Part shown: positions 60,510 to 64,000 of the stretch, in pieces
Layout of the letters: each line of letters starts with the position of its first letter
Position numbering within the stretch: the stretch's first letter is position 1
NCBI GenBank assembly: GCA_964016885.1
Contig: OZ024742.1
Span: forward strand, 21,948,001 to 22,012,000
Source of the DNA: Eledone cirrhosa
Taxonomy: Eukaryota
Direction: 5' to 3'
DNA: 64,000 nt
Notes under the pieces: generated by a model
What the model was told of the DNA's origin: nothing
Seen by the model: only the letters and a program-made list of their open reading frames with translations
The model's database searches: none
Position numbers and translations under genes: made by a program

Positions 60510-60946
60510 AGGTGGTGGTAGTGGTGGTGGGTCTTGGTGGTGGTGGCGCTGAGGTGGTTGTAGTGTGGTGTTGTTGGTGGTGGTGGTGGTGGTTGTGGTG
60601 GTATTGTTGTTGTTGTTGGTGGTGGTGGTAGTGGTGGTGGTGGTGTTGGGTCTTGGTGGTGTTGGCGCTGAGGTGGTTGTAATGTGGTGTTGTTGGTGGT
60701 GGTGGTGGTGGTTGTGTTGGTGGTGGTGGTGCTGATGGTGTCGGAGTTGGTGGTGATGTTGGTGTTGGTGGTGGTGGTGGTGTTGTTGTTGGTGATGGTG
60801 GTGGTGCTGTTGCTGCTGGTGATGGTGGTGGTGGGGATAGTTGTGGTGGGTCTTGGTGGTGGTGGTTTTGGTGTTGTTGTTGTTGGTGGTAGTGGTGGCT
60901 GCGGTCGTACTAGTAATGGTAGTAGTAGTAGTAGTAGTAGTAGTAA
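60510..60946. repeat. (GGT)n/(GTT)n/(AGT)n low-complexity tract
   Basis: Direct reading. Confidence 0.9.
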
Positions 60947-61255
60947 TATAAATTCTTGGTGAAGTCACGTTTAGAGTTTTAAACAAAGTGAATCAATTAA
61001 AGAAGTATAAAATAAGTTAACGGCAATGTCACGCTTTGCTTTGTTTCAGAACTGTGAAGACTCATTCATTGCTCCATTGTAGGTTAACCAAGAAATCCAG
61101 GTAATTTACACTTTAAATTTTAACAATATAAGTAATTTAAATGCCGAACAACTAATACTACATTTAATTCTTTATTGTTGAACATAAGTGAAAATATGGT
61201 GAAAATGGTGACATAGTGAAAATATTAGTTGCTAATTTAGACTCAAGAATTTTGG

Positions 61256-61654
61256 AGGAGGGGAAAATCGACCGCAATGTATTGCTGGTACTTTTATCGA
61301 CCCTCCGTTAGGATGAAAGGTAAAGCTAACTTCGGCAGGATTTGAACTCAGATCGTAAAGTGGCGTAACTCTATGCAAATAAAGCATGTCCGACGCTCTA
61401 CCGATTACTGCCAATCCACCACCTTAACGATGATGAAAATAATTGTTTCTGGTTTAGGCACAAGGCCAACAATTTTGGGGGATGAGGAAGTCAATTAAAT
61501 CGACCCCCCAGTGCGTTATTGGTATTTTATTTTATCGACCCTGTAAGGATGAAAGGCAAAGCTAACCTCGGCGGGATTTGAACTAAGAACGTAAAGGGGC
61601 GTAACCCTATGCCAGATATGTTGTTCGACACTCTATCTATACTGCCAATCCACC
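61256..61654 (-). mobile_element. Two tandem family-1 SINEs
   Basis: Reverse-complement A/B boxes and body. Confidence 0.8.
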
Positions 61655-62376
61655 AACCTGACAATGATGAAAACATTACAAAACAAAGTAACATAATACA
61701 CAAGAAAATAGAAAAGGAAAGTAAGAGAAAGGCAAAGATAAACGACACAATAATGAACAGGGTGGTAGGGATGGACGTGGGTGGCAGACGATAGGGGCGG
61801 CAGACGATAGACCCTATATATGAGTTGTACCCCACGGACAAGATGGCGAAAGTATCGACGCGGAGAAGTCGGAATAGATAGAAAAAGTGTCGTCTTTATA
61901 TAGAATGCCAATGTGGAGGTGTTGATTTATAGATAGACATGTGTACGTTTCCAATATTAAAAAACAGTCTATAATGGTGAAGTTAAATTATTGATGAAAT
62001 GAATCTAACATCTCCACATCAGATTAGGCACCATTAAACGTCATAAAAAATGGAGCTGAACTATATGTAGAATAGACATAATCTTAGTCTTAGCTAGACT
62101 CCCACACAAAAGAATATTTCCATACACAACTAAACCATTCATCTGGAACCTAACTACTTGATCGCAAGTTTTAAATGTCCATTAATTTCCTTATTCATTG
62201 TCTATATATTTTAATCGTTCATACAATGATCAATTATTGATCAATAGTTTGTCATCAATGGGGTTATTAATTACACATAGAATCATTGAACAGTGAACAG
62301 ATATAATTGTTAGACTGTATAAGGAGTAATATGACGTAGTGTGGCTCAATATCTCTGTAGATTTTCAATTCATGAA

Positions 62377-63015
62377 CTGGTTGATATGGTAGAATCATTA
62401 GGGTGCTCTATAAAATGCATTGTGATATATATTTTGGCTCTCTCCATTCTGAGTTCGAATCCTACCAAAGTCAACTTTGCATGTCTTTCCATTGTCAATA
62501 TAAAAAGTAACAAGCCGGCGAAATGACAGAGTCGTTAGAGTGTCGGATAGATTGCTTTGCTTTGCAATATTCCTTCAGGCTCTCTGATTCCAAATCCCGT
62601 CTAGGTCAACTTTGCTTTTCATCCTTTCAAGGTCGATAAAAAAGTACCAGTCATGTACTGGGGTTAATTCTTCCTCTATATATCTTTCACACTTCAATTC
62701 TCTCACTCTCTATCCTTCTCTGGAAGAAATCTGCTGTATTCAGACACGAAGAAGAGATGGATTCTGCCAGGTTGAAAGAATGCCCTAGAAACACCATATA
62801 TGAATGTGGTGCCCCTACGACTCCTTCGGGAATTACGGGACTAAGAAGAAAATATAGAGAACCATTGCGTTCCTCTACCTTCTGAGTTAAAATCCTGCCA
62901 TGGCTAGCTTTGCTTTTCATCTTTACGGGGTCGATAACGTAAAGTGCCAGTAATGTACTGGGGTCAATTTGGTCGACTTTCCCCTCCCCAATGTTTTTGT
63001 TCTTGTACCTAAATA
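62377..63015 (+). mobile_element. Degenerate family-1 SINE cluster
   Basis: ctgagttc-type B-boxes and gtcgata..aagtaccagt bodies. Confidence 0.65.
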
Positions 63016-63067
63016 AATAAACCAAAAACCGATATATGAAATACCTGTCCAACGCTGATGCATCTCA

Positions 63068-63113
<46 letters not shown>

Positions 63114-63482
63114 ATCTCGCTCTCTCTCTATATATATATAAATCTATCTACCTATCTCGCTCTCTCTATATATATATATAAATCTATCTACCTATCTCGC
63201 TCTCTCTCTCTATATATATATATATATATCTACCTATCTCGCTCTCTCTCTATATATATAAATCTATCTACCTATCTCTCTCTATATATATATATAAATC
63301 TATCTACCTATCTCTCTCTCTATATATATATACAAATCTATCTACCTATCTCGTGCTCTCTCTATATATATATAAATCTATCTACCTATCTCTCTCTCTA
63401 TATATATATATACAAATCTATCTACCTATCTCGTGCTCTCTCTATATATATATAAATCTATCTACCTATCTCGTGCTCTCTC
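63068..63482. repeat. Composite (TA)/(CT) minisatellite (aaatctatctacctatctcg.tctctctctatatatatat)n
   Basis: About 10 units. Confidence 0.85.
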
Positions 63483-64000
63483 CAACAAAGACAATTATAA
63501 ACAATTATCTGAGGTTTTAAAATTTCATTTAAAAAATGTCACCCGTAATCAACTGGTTTTGTTTTCGTCGATATATTTAATTAATCCTATTAATTATTCA
63601 CATACTGTTAGAGGAAATGAAGATTTATTCTATGGAATGGAACCTCAGCAGTTCCATCAACGAATGTTCCAGTTATTTAGTCAATGGAACAATCTGCTCA
63701 TGGAATTAAAGAGCCAGCAGCTGAGTATTCCACAGACACGTGTACACTTAACGCAATCCCCAGGGAGATTCAGTATAACACATTGAGTGAGAAGGTTGAC
63801 CCTTTGAATTACATATACAATCCATCCAATGGGTTTCCTAATTCCACTAACAAGATATGGCTATGGTATATGACACTTGGCCAAGCTGTCAGGATGTGGT
63901 ATCGAACCAAGCACCAAATGACTACGAGGTGAACTCCTCAACCATTCAGTCAAAATGAATCATCCAGCAAGTGTGAAAAGGCCCTGGATTGGATTGGATT

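Overview
Repeat-rich eukaryotic DNA. The tRNA-derived SINE families, the dense (TA)n/(GT)n microsatellites and the LINE content suggest a cephalopod such as Octopus; this is an inference, not a database match. The only host gene I can support is the 3' part of an intron-containing chymotrypsin-fold (S1) serine protease, with three + strand exons at 1168-1299, 5341-5483 and 8204-8365 and the GDSGGP motif. The rest is mobile DNA. It includes two near-full-length and three partial Tx1-like LINEs, one near-full-length and three partial R4/Dong-like RLE LINEs, RTE and CRE fragments, two non-autonomous Helitrons, about 20 SINE copies and three adjacent ~31-bp satellites. It also holds many short Penelope-like or retrozyme-like inserts in (TA)n that carry type I hammerhead ribozymes (HHRs). 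Top leads: (1) a conserved 53-nt GT-AG segment whose splicing would fuse Tx1 ORF1 to ORF2 in frame in both full copies; (2) a 593-nt tandem unit bounded by HHRs with a compensatory U3-A8 core, a candidate retrozyme or circRNA; (3) several unrelated HHR families with head-to-head fold-backs, a shared 3' motif and a strand bias in intactness; (4) a pile-up of Tx1, R4/Dong and RTE elements at (ATT)n tracts, in which the two Tx1 copies have divergent ORF1/5'UTR on a near-identical ORF2. All structures were derived by eye, and repeat boundaries are approximate.
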